NCBI GenBank assembly: GCA_964586175.1
Contig: CAZPGL010000002.1
Location: forward strand, 36,082 to 100,081
DNA from: an uncultured Microthrixaceae bacterium
GTDB lineage: Bacteria; Actinomycetota; Acidimicrobiia; Acidimicrobiales; MedAcidi-G1
Direction of reading: 5' to 3'
Length of the DNA: 64,000 bases
Shown here: in pieces, positions 1-9,172 of the stretch
Layout: the number at the start of each line of letters is the position of its first letter
Numbering within the stretch: position 1 is the first letter of the stretch
The notes under the pieces: generated by a model
The model's database searches: none
The model's input: only the letters and a program-made list of their open reading frames with translations
Told to the model about the DNA's origin: nothing
Program-made: the position numbers and the translations under genes

Positions 1-1093
1 CGTCGACCTGATGGTCGCCGGCCAGGCCGCGCACCTGAAGCGCGGCCTCGGCGAAACGGATCATCCCCGACGCCCCGATGGGGTTCGACGACAGCACCCC
101 GCCCGAACAGTTCACCGGCAGATCACCACCGTCGAGCCGGGTCGCTCCCTCCTCGACGAGGCGCCACCCCTCGTCGCGGTCGGCGAACCCGAGGCTCTCG
201 AGCCACATCGGCTCGTACCAGGAGAACGGCACGTACATCTCGACGGCGTCGATCTCGGCCCTCGGGTCGGCGATGCCGGCCTGGCGGTACACCTCGGCGG
301 CGCAGGCCCGGCTGGCCGCCGGATTCACCTCGTCGCGGCCGGGGAAGTTGTTGGCCTCGGAACGCATGGCCGTGCCCTGCACCCACGCCACCGGTCGATC
401 GGCGGCGTCGCCGGCGGCCTCGTCGCCCAGCACCATGGCGCACGCCCCGTCCGACGACGGACAGGTCTCCGAGAACCGGATGGGGTCCCACAGCATCGGG
501 GCGTCGACGACCTGGTCGAAGGTCAGATCATGCTGGTGGAGGTGGGCGTAAGGGTTGCGCAGGGCGTGCTGGCGGTCCTTGAACGCCACCATGCACCCGA
601 TGAGCTCGGGGGCGCCCGAACGGGCCATGTACTGGCGGATGATCGGTGAAAAGTAGCCGCCGGCGCCGGCGTTGATCGACACGGAGAACGGCTGGGGCAA
701 CGAGAGGGCCCACGTGGCGTTGGACTCCGACTGCTTCTCGAAGCCGAGGGTGAGCACCCGGCGGTGGATCCGGGCCTGGACCAGCGAGGTGGCCACCAGC
801 GCCGTCGACCCCCCGACCGAACCCGCGGTGTGGACCCGCAGGACCGGCTTGCCGACGCAGCCCAGCGCCTCGGCCAGGTACAACTCGGGCATCATCAGCC
901 CCTCGAAGAAGTCGGGGGCCTTGCCGATCACCACGGCGTCGATGTCGGTCCAGGCGCACTCGGCATCGGCCAGGGCACGGTCGGCGGCCTCCCGCACCAG
1001 CCCGGCGATCGACACGTCCCCCCGGGTGGACTGGTAGCGGGTCTGGCCCACCCCGAGCACCGCGGTGCGCTCCTTGCCGGCCGAGGCGCCCAC
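1..1093 (-). CDS. thiolase-fold protein (SCP2/Ltp-like); C-terminus lies beyond the window start
   Basis: Absent from the ORF track because it runs off the edge. My minus-strand translation from GTG 1093..1091 reads VGASAGKERTAVLGVGQTRYQ...RVHTAGSVGGSTALVATS...MYVPFSWYEPMWLESLGF...NCSGGVLSSNPIGASGMIRFAEAALQVRG. It starts 1 nt after the stop of the upstream thiolase-like gene. Confidence 0.8.
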   Translation of the reverse strand, partial: MGASAGKERTAVLGVGQTRYQSTRGDVSIAGLVREAADRALADAECAWTDIDAVVIGKAPDFFEGLMMPELYLAEALGCVGKPVLRVHTAGSVGGSTALVATSLVQARIHRRVLTLGFEKQSESNATWALSLPQPFSVSINAGAGGYFSPIIRQYMARSGAPELIGCMVAFKDRQHALRNPYAHLHQHDLTFDQVVDAPMLWDPIRFSETCPSSDGACAMVLGDEAAGDAADRPVAWVQGTAMRSEANNFPGRDEVNPAASRACAAEVYRQAGIADPRAEIDAVEMYVPFSWYEPMWLESLGFADRDEGWRLVEEGATRLDGGDLPVNCSGGVLSSNPIGASGMIRFAEAALQVRGLAGDHQVD

Positions 1094-1094
1094 G

Positions 1095-2150
1095 TCAGTC
1101 ACCCTCCAGGACGCACAGCAGGTTCTGCTGCAGGCACGGACCGGAGGTGGCGTGGGCCAGGGCCCGGTCGGCGGTGCCGGCCCCGATCCGGTTGGCGGCC
1201 TCGGCGATGCGCACCAGACCCGACGCCATCAGCACGTCGGCGGCCAGGGCGCCGCCCGACGGGTTGACGACCGTGTCGGGTTGGAGGCCCAACTCCCGTT
1301 CGAGGACGGCCTCCTGGCTGGTGTACGGACCGTGCAACTCGGCCACGTCCAGCCGGTCGGCGCCCACGCCCACCCGTTCGGCAGCCAGAGCCACGGACGG
1401 CGCTCGGGTGAGGTCGCGGACCCCGAGCCCGTGGGCGTCGATGCGGTGGTCGATGCCCCGGATCCACGCCGGCCGGTCGCACAGGGTGCGGGCGCGGTCG
1501 CCGGCAGCCAGGATCACCGCACACCCACCGTCAGCCTCGGCAGCGATGTCTGAAGGACGCAACGGATCGGCCACGAACCCCTCGGCAAGCAGCTCGTCGA
1601 CCCCGGCGTCCGCCGAGGACCGCACGGCCTGCGGGTTGTCGACCGCGTTGCGTTGACTCCGAATGGCGATCTCGGCCAGCGCCGTCGGGCTGGTCAGGCC
1701 CCCATCGAGCAGCAGGCGGGCCTGGAGGGCGGCCACCGCGTGGGCGTCGGGCCACAGCGGGGTGACGAGGTACGGGTCGAGCTGGGTGGCCAGCACATCG
1801 CGGCGGGAACCCGGCGACGACTTCCCATACGAGTAGACGAGCGCCGTGTCGACCTCGCCGGTCTGGATCTTCACCCAGGCTTCGTACAGGGCGAAGGCAC
1901 CGTCCATCTCGACGTGGCTCTCAGCGATGGGCGGGACGGCACCGACGGCATCGAGGGTGTGCACGAACGAGAACGCCTGCCCGGCCAGGAAGTCACTGCT
2001 GCCCGAACACGTGAACCCGATGTCGGCCTGGTCGAGGCCGGCGGCGTCCCGGACCGCGGTGATGAGCGGCACCAGAAGCTGGACCTCGGTGGTACCGGTG
2101 AGGGCTGGCACCTGGCGGTGGGCGGTGGCGACCACCGCGACGTCACGCAT
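1095..2150 (-). CDS. thiolase-fold protein (paired second subunit)
   Basis: ORF 1095..2369 trimmed to the ATG at 2150 (MRDVAVVATAHRQ...). This start overlaps the stop of the DUF35 gene by 8 nt. Thiolase-like C-terminus: VVNPSGGALAADVLMASGL...SGPCLQQNLLCVLEG. Confidence 0.8.
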   Translation of the reverse strand: MRDVAVVATAHRQVPALTGTTEVQLLVPLITAVRDAAGLDQADIGFTCSGSSDFLAGQAFSFVHTLDAVGAVPPIAESHVEMDGAFALYEAWVKIQTGEVDTALVYSYGKSSPGSRRDVLATQLDPYLVTPLWPDAHAVAALQARLLLDGGLTSPTALAEIAIRSQRNAVDNPQAVRSSADAGVDELLAEGFVADPLRPSDIAAEADGGCAVILAAGDRARTLCDRPAWIRGIDHRIDAHGLGVRDLTRAPSVALAAERVGVGADRLDVAELHGPYTSQEAVLERELGLQPDTVVNPSGGALAADVLMASGLVRIAEAANRIGAGTADRALAHATSGPCLQQNLLCVLEGD

Positions 2151-3120
2151 CGCCGTCCGCCCCCCACGCCCGGTTTCCGGCCCGGTCGGCCGGCACGTCG
2201 GGTTCTCCGGTGGGTACCCAGTAGAGGATGTTCTCGGCCGTGGCCTCGAGCTGGTCGTCGGGCTTCCACACGGCCCGGACCCGCATGCCGGTGCGCACCT
2301 CGTCGTGGGCGCACCCGGCGACGAGGCCGAGGAAGCCGACGTCGGCCCCGTCGAGGTGGATCCAGGCACTGACGTACGGCACCTCGAGGTCGGTGCGGCC
2401 CGGGATCGGCAGGTGGGTCACGCAGAAGTTTCCGACGTGGCCGGTGTCGGCCAACTCAATGGCCTCGGTGGTGGCCACCCCGTGCCGGGTATCGACCCCC
2501 CGGGGCGGGATGAACACCGCCCCATCGACCGGGGAACGGTGGCCCAGGATGCGACGCTCGGCGTACCCCCGCAGATACTCCTGGGAGGCGTCGGAGGGCA
2601 CGAAGTCGTAGGTCAGCCGAATGGGTGTCCGTACCGAGCGCACCGGCTCGTCACCGTGCGCGGTGACGGGTGCAGCGTCCGTCGCCCCATCGGCGGGGAC
2701 GAAGCCGGCCAGGTCGGCGATGTGCCCGACCCGGTCGTCGCGCCAGACGGCCTGCACCCGCATCCCGGTCGACATGGAGGCGGCCGAATCGACCAGCACC
2801 GCGTGGAGCATCGGGGTGTCGGCACCGTCTGGGCGCACCAGGGCCAGGGCGTGCGGGTCGTCCCACGGCGACTGGGGACGGGGCGGGTCCACCCACGTCC
2901 ACGAGACCACGGTGCCGGCCTGGCCGACCTCGACGATCTCGTCGAGCGGCGCACCGGTCGCCGGATCGAACTCGACCGGCGGGCACGACACCGTGCCGTC
3001 GCTCCGCCGGACGCCGTACAACCGGCCGTCACGGAGCCCGGTCAGGAACGCACCGATCACCGGACCAGTGGTCCGGGTGAAGGGGTACTCGAGCACCAGG
3101 TCGGTGCGCAGCAACGCCAC
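2143..3120 (-). CDS. tandem DUF35 / OB-fold acyl-CoA-associated protein (two DUF35 units fused)
   Basis: 325-aa ORF. Two repeats of the DUF35 pattern: ...GRLYGVRRSDGTVSCPPVEFDP...GTVVSWTW...MRVQAVW and ...GAVFIPPRGVDTRHG...GNFCVTHL...MRVRAVWKP. It lies immediately upstream of two thiolase-fold genes, the usual partner arrangement. Confidence 0.75.
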   Translation of the reverse strand: MALLRTDLVLEYPFTRTTGPVIGAFLTGLRDGRLYGVRRSDGTVSCPPVEFDPATGAPLDEIVEVGQAGTVVSWTWVDPPRPQSPWDDPHALALVRPDGADTPMLHAVLVDSAASMSTGMRVQAVWRDDRVGHIADLAGFVPADGATDAAPVTAHGDEPVRSVRTPIRLTYDFVPSDASQEYLRGYAERRILGHRSPVDGAVFIPPRGVDTRHGVATTEAIELADTGHVGNFCVTHLPIPGRTDLEVPYVSAWIHLDGADVGFLGLVAGCAHDEVRTGMRVRAVWKPDDQLEATAENILYWVPTGEPDVPADRAGNRAWGADGDA

Positions 3121-3163
3121 GACGTCTACCTCCCCGGCACCCGTCGATCCCTGGCCGACCGGA

Positions 3164-4246
3164 TCAGAAATCGATGACCTGGCGGATGACGTCGGCGTCG
3201 CCCATGCACGCCATGGCGTCGTTGACCTCGTCGATGGCGATCCGCCGCGAGATCATGCCTTCCAGGTCGAGCCGTCCGGCCTTGTAGAGGCGGAGGAACC
3301 GGTTGAAGTCGGTGCGCACGTCGGCGCCGCCGTACATCGACCCCACCAGGGTCTTCTCCGAGAAAAACATCTCGAAGGCGGACAACGAGAAGGTCTCCTC
3401 GGCCCGACCGACGCCCACGATGCACGTGGTGCCGCCACGCCGGGTCAGGTCGAAGGCCTGCCGCATGGTGGACGGCATGCCGATGCACTCGAGGGCGAAG
3501 TCGAAGCCCTCGCCGCCGGTGACCTCGGCCGTGGCCGTCGGCAGGTCGTCGGGCACCACCCCGTGGGTGGCACCGAACGACTTGGCCCGGTCCAGCTTGC
3601 CCTCGTGCAGATCGACGGCGACGATCGCCGACGCCCCGGCGATACGGGCCCCCTGGATGGCGGCGACGCCGACGCCGCCGGCACCGATGATGACCACCGA
3701 CGATCCCGGCGTGACCTTGGCCGTGTTGAGGGCGGCACCCACGCCGGTGGTGACCCCGCACCCCACGAGCGCCGCCACGTCCAACGGCACGTCGTCGTCG
3801 ATCTTGATGGCCGCCATGCCGGGCACGATCGTCTCCTCGGCGAACGTGCCGCATCCGGTCATGGCGCCGATGACCGTGTCACCCTGCCGGAACTGGGGTG
3901 CGGCACTCATGGCGATCAGGCCGTTGATGCACAGGTTCGGCTGGCCGCGTCCGGTGCAGAAGGCGCAGGTTCCACAGGGCGGGGAGAAGGCGATGATGAC
4001 GTGATCGCCGGGGGCCACGTGGGTGACCCCGGGGCCGACGTCGGTGACGACACCCGCCCCTTCGTGGCCGAGCACCGCCGGCGGCGGCTGGGGAATCGTG
4101 CCGTTCATGGCCGACAGGTCGCTGTGGCAGACGCCGCTGTGGGCGATCTTTACCTTGACGTCGCCGGGCGCCATGTCCCGCAGGGTGACGTCGTCGGCGA
4201 CGACCAGTTCGTCGGTCGGGACCTGGGTCAGGATGGCAGCGAGCAT
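3164..4246 (-). CDS. zinc-dependent alcohol dehydrogenase (MDR family)
   Basis: ORF 3164..4558 trimmed to the ATG at 4246 ([10 protein letters not shown]...), with GGAGGAAA 3 nt upstream. Motifs: [23 protein letters not shown] and the GAGGVG Rossmann motif. Confidence 0.9.
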   Translation of the reverse strand: MLAAILTQVPTDELVVADDVTLRDMAPGDVKVKIAHSGVCHSDLSAMNGTIPQPPPAVLGHEGAGVVTDVGPGVTHVAPGDHVIIAFSPPCGTCAFCTGRGQPNLCINGLIAMSAAPQFRQGDTVIGAMTGCGTFAEETIVPGMAAIKIDDDVPLDVAALVGCGVTTGVGAALNTAKVTPGSSVVIIGAGGVGVAAIQGARIAGASAIVAVDLHEGKLDRAKSFGATHGVVPDDLPTATAEVTGGEGFDFALECIGMPSTMRQAFDLTRRGGTTCIVGVGRAEETFSLSAFEMFFSEKTLVGSMYGGADVRTDFNRFLRLYKAGRLDLEGMISRRIAIDEVNDAMACMGDADVIRQVIDF

Positions 4247-4333
4247 GGTTTCCTCCGCGTGGTGCGTGCTGGTTGAGGACCGTAGTTGCTCCCTCCCCGT
4301 GGCGAGAAGGCGGCGGGCTAGCGTGACCGGTCC

Positions 4334-5155
4334 ATGGAGTTGAAGACGACCAGCTGGGCGCTCACCGGCTCGACGGCTGTCATCACGCTGTCGCGGCCGG
4401 CCCGCCGCAACGCCTGGACCGGCCGGATGCACACCGAGTACCGATGGCTGTTGGAGCGGGCCGAGCACGACCCGGCGGTCAAGGCCATCGTGGTGACCGG
4501 CGACCCCGACGGCCGGGCCTTCGGGGTGGGTGCCGACGCCGAGGCCCTCGACGGACACGTCGAGCGCGGCGGCTACGACGCCGGCCTACCTGATGACGTG
4601 CCGATGCCCGGCCACGGTGTGCACCCGGCCTTCGACGCCGACTTCGCCTACCACTTCGGCCTGACCAAACCGGTGGTGGCCGCCCTCAACGGGGCCACGG
4701 CAGGCGTCCACCTGGTGCTGGCCTGCTTCTGCGATCTGCGCTTCGCTGCCGCCGGGGCCAAGCTCACCACGGCCCACGGCAAGTTGGGCCTGCCGGCCGA
4801 GTACGGGCTGTCGTGGCTGCTTCCCCGGCTCATCGGCGTGACCCGGGCCAACGACCTGCTCCTGACCAGCCGGGTGGTCCTGGCCGAGGAGGCCGAGGCC
4901 ATGGGCCTCGTGAACGGGGTCGCGCCCGCCGACCGGCTCATGGGCCATGTCATCGGATGGATCGACGAGTACCTCGGGCCGGTGGCCCGCAGCAGCCTGG
5001 CGGCCACCAAACGCCAGATCTACTCCGACCTGCACGGTGACGCCGCCTCGTCGGTCGCCGAGTCCCTGACGTTGTTCGACCACCACATGGGTGGCGACGA
5101 CTACACCGAGGGCGTGGCCGCACTCAACGAGAAGCGGCCGCCCCGGTTTCCCTGA
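4334..5155 (+). CDS. enoyl-CoA hydratase/isomerase (crotonase) family
   Basis: 273-aa [55 protein letters not shown] and a C-terminal [14 protein letters not shown]. Confidence 0.9.
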   Translation: MELKTTSWALTGSTAVITLSRPARRNAWTGRMHTEYRWLLERAEHDPAVKAIVVTGDPDGRAFGVGADAEALDGHVERGGYDAGLPDDVPMPGHGVHPAFDADFAYHFGLTKPVVAALNGATAGVHLVLACFCDLRFAAAGAKLTTAHGKLGLPAEYGLSWLLPRLIGVTRANDLLLTSRVVLAEEAEAMGLVNGVAPADRLMGHVIGWIDEYLGPVARSSLAATKRQIYSDLHGDAASSVAESLTLFDHHMGGDDYTEGVAALNEKRPPRFP

Positions 5156-5168
5156 GCCGTCCCTCCGG

Positions 5169-5645
5169 TCAGAACAGCGGACCGTCGGCGACAACGACCC
5201 CGTCGTCGTCGGCCCACAGGAACATGCCGGGCCGCACCTCCACACCGCCAACGCTGACCGGCACGTCGCGGTCACCGGCTCCGGCCTTGACGCTCTTGCG
5301 GGGGCAGGTACCCCGGGCCCGGATCCCGACGGCCTGGTCCCGTAGTTCGACGGCGTCGCGGACACAACCGTCGACCACGATGCCGGCCCAGCCGTTGGCG
5401 ACCGCCAGCTCACCCAGGTTGCCCCCCACCAGCGCACAACGGGTCGAACCGCCGCCGGCGACGAGGAGCACCCGGCCTTCGCCCGTCTCCTCCAGCGCCG
5501 CACGGACCAGCGTGTTGTCCTCGAATACCGACAAGGTCGTGACCGGTCCGGCGAACGCCGGGACCCCGCCGTAGGAGCCGAAACCGCCGCCGAGCACCTG
5601 CACGGCATCGCCGTGATCGTCGCACAGATCGGCGGTGGCCCACAT
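5169..5645 (-). CDS. rraA: RraA-family protein (RNase E regulator / HMG-CHA aldolase-like)
   Basis: 158 aa. Aligns by eye along its full length with E. coli RraA: TADLCD...FGSYGG...TLSVFEDN...GRVLLVAGGGSTRCALVGGNL...GIVVDGCVRD. Its ATG overlaps the upstream TGA stop (TGATG at 5647..5643). Confidence 0.85.
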   Translation of the reverse strand: MWATADLCDDHGDAVQVLGGGFGSYGGVPAFAGPVTTLSVFEDNTLVRAALEETGEGRVLLVAGGGSTRCALVGGNLGELAVANGWAGIVVDGCVRDAVELRDQAVGIRARGTCPRKSVKAGAGDRDVPVSVGGVEVRPGMFLWADDDGVVVADGPLF

Positions 5646-6031
5646 CAGCCGTCGGCCCCCAGAAACTCGTACAACGCGTCCTTGGGTCGACCGACCCGGG
5701 CGGACAGCGGCCCGTCACCACCCAGATCCCCCCGCACCAGCACCGGACGCTGCAGCAGGGCTTTGCGCCGGGCCAGCAGCTCGACCACGGCGTCGGCGTC
5801 GCCGACATAGTCGTCGGGATCCAGCTCCAGCTTCTTGAACTGCGAGTCCTTGCGCACAAGGTCCTCGACCGGCCCGTCGAGGCCGGCGGCGATGCGGGAC
5901 AGCAGGGCCGCGTCGGGCGGCTCCTTCATGTAGAGCACGACGTCGATCTGCACCCCCAGTTCCTCGGCGACCGCCAAGGCGTTCTTGGAAGCGTGTCAAT
6001 GCGGGTTGTGGAAGACGGTGATGTCGGCCAT
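5645..6031 (-). CDS. ArsC/Spx/YffB-family reductase with in-frame UGA at the catalytic Cys position (candidate selenoprotein, 128 aa)
   Basis: The track lists only 5645..5977, which starts at an internal TTG. The same frame continues upstream: ATG(6031..6029) A D I T V F H N P H TGA(5998..5996) H A S K N A L A V A E E L... GAGGGG lies 6 nt before the ATG. ArsC Arg positions are conserved (LVRKD, LLQRPV, VGRPKD). Confidence 0.7.
5962..5979 (-). other. SECIS-like hairpin downstream of UGA (7-bp stem, GGUC tetraloop)
   Basis: mRNA sequence CCUUGGC-GGUC-GCCGAGG. It starts 17 nt after the UGA at 5998..5996. The stem contains one G.U pair. Confidence 0.4.
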
Positions 6032-6055
6032 CGGGGCCCCTCGTGGTCGGCGGGC

Positions 6056-6361
6056 TCAAGCCCGGTGTTCGATGTGGGCACGCAGGTGGGTGCCGGCGGG
6101 GTCGGTCCAGCCCTTGGACCGGGCGTAGTCGACCATGGCCGTGAAGCCGGCCTCCCAGTCGTCGTCGGCCCGTACCCCGACCCAATGCCGGATCGCCCGC
6201 TCGGCGATCCAGAGGTAGCCGTTCTCGGCCCTGGTTCCTTCGCCCATGGTGGCGGCCAGACGGTCGGCGGCGCCGTCCCCGTCGGCTTCGACGTGGAACC
6301 CGGTGAACAGGTCGTAGTCGTCGACGGTCACGTCGCCGGCTGAACTCACCTTGATGATCAC
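6056..6361 (-). CDS. hypothetical protein (101 aa), first gene of the hyp-ArsC-RraA operon
   Basis: ORF with a GTG start and AGAGGGCG upstream. High GC3. It ends 24 nt upstream of the ArsC-like ATG. I do not recognise the family (…GYLWIAERAIRHWVGVRADDDWEAGF…). Confidence 0.55.
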   Translation of the reverse strand: MIIKVSSAGDVTVDDYDLFTGFHVEADGDGAADRLAATMGEGTRAENGYLWIAERAIRHWVGVRADDDWEAGFTAMVDYARSKGWTDPAGTHLRAHIEHRA

Positions 6362-6402
6362 GCCGTCACGCCCTCTGGTCGCCCCACGTCGCCCGACGGT
6401 AT

Positions 6403-7233
6403 CTAGAACCCGCGCCAGTGCGGTTCGCGGCGTTCGCGGAAGCTGGCGATGCCCTCGGCGGCGTCCACCGTGGAGTTGTTGAGCTCAACGGCCCACGCCT
6501 CGTTGTCCTCGAGGGTCCGACGGTCGACGTCCAGCGACCGGTTGAGCATCCACTTGGTGAGCATGAAGCTCCGGGTGGGGCCGGTCGCCAACCGCTCGGC
6601 CCAGGCCGTTGCCGTGGCCATGAGATCGTCGCCGGGCACCACGGCGTTGCACAGGCCGATGCGGAGTGCCTCGTCGGCCGGAACGTCATCGGCGAAGAAC
6701 AACAACTCCTTGGCCTTTTGCAGGCCGACCAGGCGGGGCAGGATCCAGGCGCCCAGGCCGTCGGGCACCAGGCCCCGCCGGGCGAACACCTCGATGAACT
6801 TGGCGTGCTCGGCCATGATCACCAGGTCGCAGCACAGGGCCAGGTGGGCGCCGACCCCTGCTGCCGTGCCGTTGACGGCGGCGATGACCGGGAGCTCGCA
6901 GTCGAGGATGGCCGGCATGAGGGCCAGCTGGCCCTCGAGCATCATGCGCCGGGCCTCACCGACGGCCAGTTCGGGAGCGTCATCGGGGCGAGGGGCGAAC
7001 TCCCGGCCGACGCTGATGTCGGCCCCCGGGCAGAACAGCTTGGAGCCCTCGGCGGTGATGACGATGGCCCGGGCCTCGAACCTTCCGTTGCACCCCTTCA
7101 CGAGGCCGGCGATGCGGTCCCGCATGCCCGGCGACAGGGCATTGCCCTTGTCGGGGTTGTCGATCGTGATCCAGGCCACCTGGTTCACGATCTCGTACCG
7201 GACGAGTTGTTCGAGGTCGGTGATGTCGCTCAT
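6403..7233 (-). CDS. enoyl-CoA hydratase/isomerase family
   Basis: ORF 6403..7515 trimmed to the ATG at 7233 (MSDITDLEQLVRYE...). Motifs: ITIDNPDKGNAL, FCPGADIS, AAVNGTAAGVGAHLALCCDL, EGIASFRERREP. Confidence 0.9.
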   Translation of the reverse strand: MSDITDLEQLVRYEIVNQVAWITIDNPDKGNALSPGMRDRIAGLVKGCNGRFEARAIVITAEGSKLFCPGADISVGREFAPRPDDAPELAVGEARRMMLEGQLALMPAILDCELPVIAAVNGTAAGVGAHLALCCDLVIMAEHAKFIEVFARRGLVPDGLGAWILPRLVGLQKAKELLFFADDVPADEALRIGLCNAVVPGDDLMATATAWAERLATGPTRSFMLTKWMLNRSLDVDRRTLEDNEAWAVELNNSTVDAAEGIASFRERREPHWRGF

Positions 7234-7247
7234 CGGTTCCGACGGTA

Positions 7248-7286
7248 GTCGGCCCCGCCCTGCCGCAACGGGCCGGGCGGGGCGAC
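7248..7286 (-). terminator. GC-rich hairpin just downstream of the PII gene (putative intrinsic terminator without a U-tract)
   Basis: GTCG(G)CCCCGCCC ... GGGCGGGGCGAC forms 12 bp with one bulge. An inner GCC/GGC extension is possible. It starts 9 nt after the PII stop (7295..7297). Confidence 0.45.
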
Positions 7287-7294
7287 CGGAGGCG

Positions 7295-7708
<414 letters not shown>

Positions 7709-7749
7709 CTAGGCAAGAATATGGCCCATTTCTGACGTTCTACTGTGCT

Positions 7750-7764
7750 TTGTACTGTTACAAT
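7750..7764 (+). promoter_or_regulatory. palindrome TTGTA-CTGT-TACAA overlapping a TACAAT -10-like hexamer (candidate GntR autoregulatory operator/promoter)
   Basis: TACAAT at 7759..7764 ends 10 nt before the ATG at 7774. GT..AC palindromes are typical GntR operators. Confidence 0.4.
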
Positions 7765-7773
7765 GACCAACGC

Positions 7774-8238
7774 ATGCCGTCCCCAGCCGTGGTCTCCTAC
7801 CTCGATCAGACCGGCCAGCCGCGCCGCCTCGTCGTCCGGCTGGACACCGACGGCACCGTCCCCGTCTTCGAACAACTCCGCGCCCAGCTCTCGGTAATGG
7901 TGGCCGTGGGCCATCTCCCACCGGGGGTCCGGCTACCGACGGTCCGACACCTCGCCGACCGGCTGTCCCTGGCCCCGGGCACGGTCGCCCGCACCTACCG
8001 CGAACTGGACCAAGACGGCGTGGTCACCGGGCGGGGCCGACTCGGGACCTTCGTGGTCGACGAGCCGCCGGAGTCCGAACCGCTGCATGAACGGCGACGC
8101 CGACTCGACGAGGCCGCGACCCGATTCGCCTTCGCGGCCCGGCAACTGGGGGTCGACGCCGTCGGCGCCCACACCGCGCTGGACCGGGCCATCGAGTCGG
8201 TGGCGGCCGGAGAGGCCGACGACACCCGGGAGATCTAG
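7774..8238 (+). CDS. GntR-family transcriptional regulator (short, YtrA-like)
   Basis: ORF 7750..8238 trimmed to the ATG at 7774. wHTH region: PVFEQLRAQLSVMVAVGHLPPGVRLPTVRHLADRLSLAPGTVARTYRELDQDGVV. Confidence 0.85.
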   Translation: MPSPAVVSYLDQTGQPRRLVVRLDTDGTVPVFEQLRAQLSVMVAVGHLPPGVRLPTVRHLADRLSLAPGTVARTYRELDQDGVVTGRGRLGTFVVDEPPESEPLHERRRRLDEAATRFAFAARQLGVDAVGAHTALDRAIESVAAGEADDTREI

Positions 8239-9131
8239 GCGCCGAACACCGGAGCCGGCTCCGGCGCGCCGGCAATCGACGCCCGGGCCGCGTCACCCGC
8301 CTCGGCGACGGTGAACCGGCGGTCGCCGATCGACACGACCGGGCCGTGCTGCCATCCGTCGCACACGTTGAGCTGGCCTCCGGTGGCCTCGAACATCCGC
8401 CCGGTGACGTCACACCCGTCACTGCCCAACCACACGACGAGCGGCGACACGTTGCCCGGGTCCTTGTCGTCCCAACCATCGGGCGCCGCGGCGTCGTAGA
8501 TCACGCCTTCGGTCATGCGAGTGCGGGCATCGGGGGCGACGCCGTTCACCAGCACCCCGTAACGACCCCACTCTGCGGCCGCCTGCACCACCAGGAGGGC
8601 GATGCCCGCCTTGGCCGCCGCATAGTTGCCCTGCCCGATACTGCCCATCAGCCCGGCGCCCGACGAGGTCATGACGATTCGGCCCGCCACCTGCTCGCCG
8701 GCCTTGGCCCGGTCCCGCCAGTGGGCGATGGCGTGGCGGGCCGGGGCGAAGTGGCCCTTCAGGTGGACCCGGGTGACCGAATCCCACTCGTCCTCGGACA
8801 TGTTGGCCAGCATCCGGTCGCGGAGGAACCCGGCGTTGCACACGAGGGTGTCGAGGCGGCCGAACGTGTCGACGGCCTGGGCCACCATGGCCTCGGCCTG
8901 ATCCCAGTCTGCGACGTCGGCACCGTTGGTGATGGCGGTACCGCCGGCAGCCTCGATCTCGGCCACGACCTGCTCGGCGGGCGTGCCGCCGGCCTCCTCG
9001 CCGTCGCGGCCGACGCCCAGGTCGTTGACGACGACCATCGCCCCTTCGGCGGCGAAGGCCAGGGCGTGTTCGCGTCCCAGGCCGCGCCCGGCTCCGGTCA
9101 CGATCACCACCCGTCCGTCTGCACTGCCCAT
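8235..9131 (-). CDS. short-chain dehydrogenase/reductase (SDR)
   Basis: 298 aa. VVIVTGAGRGLG, NAG, and SSGAGLMGSIGQGNYAAAKAG (the YxxxK motif). Confidence 0.9.
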   Translation of the reverse strand: MGSADGRVVIVTGAGRGLGREHALAFAAEGAMVVVNDLGVGRDGEEAGGTPAEQVVAEIEAAGGTAITNGADVADWDQAEAMVAQAVDTFGRLDTLVCNAGFLRDRMLANMSEDEWDSVTRVHLKGHFAPARHAIAHWRDRAKAGEQVAGRIVMTSSGAGLMGSIGQGNYAAAKAGIALLVVQAAAEWGRYGVLVNGVAPDARTRMTEGVIYDAAAPDGWDDKDPGNVSPLVVWLGSDGCDVTGRMFEATGGQLNVCDGWQHGPVVSIGDRRFTVAEAGDAARASIAGAPEPAPVFGA

Positions 9132-9172
9132 GTCGTTCCTCGAATCGCCGTTCCGTGTCGTTGCGTTGGAGC

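Noticed and set aside
5645-6031. Interpreting the two interrupted ArsC-like genes (here and at 12429..12779) as plain pseudogenes or sequencing errors.
   Set aside because: Kept as the alternative hypothesis, but not preferred. Both interruptions are single TGA codons at the same catalytic Cys column. Both reading frames are otherwise intact, with conserved catalytic Arg residues, good RBS/start context and operon coupling. Both have a hairpin just downstream. It cannot be excluded without the rest of the genome.
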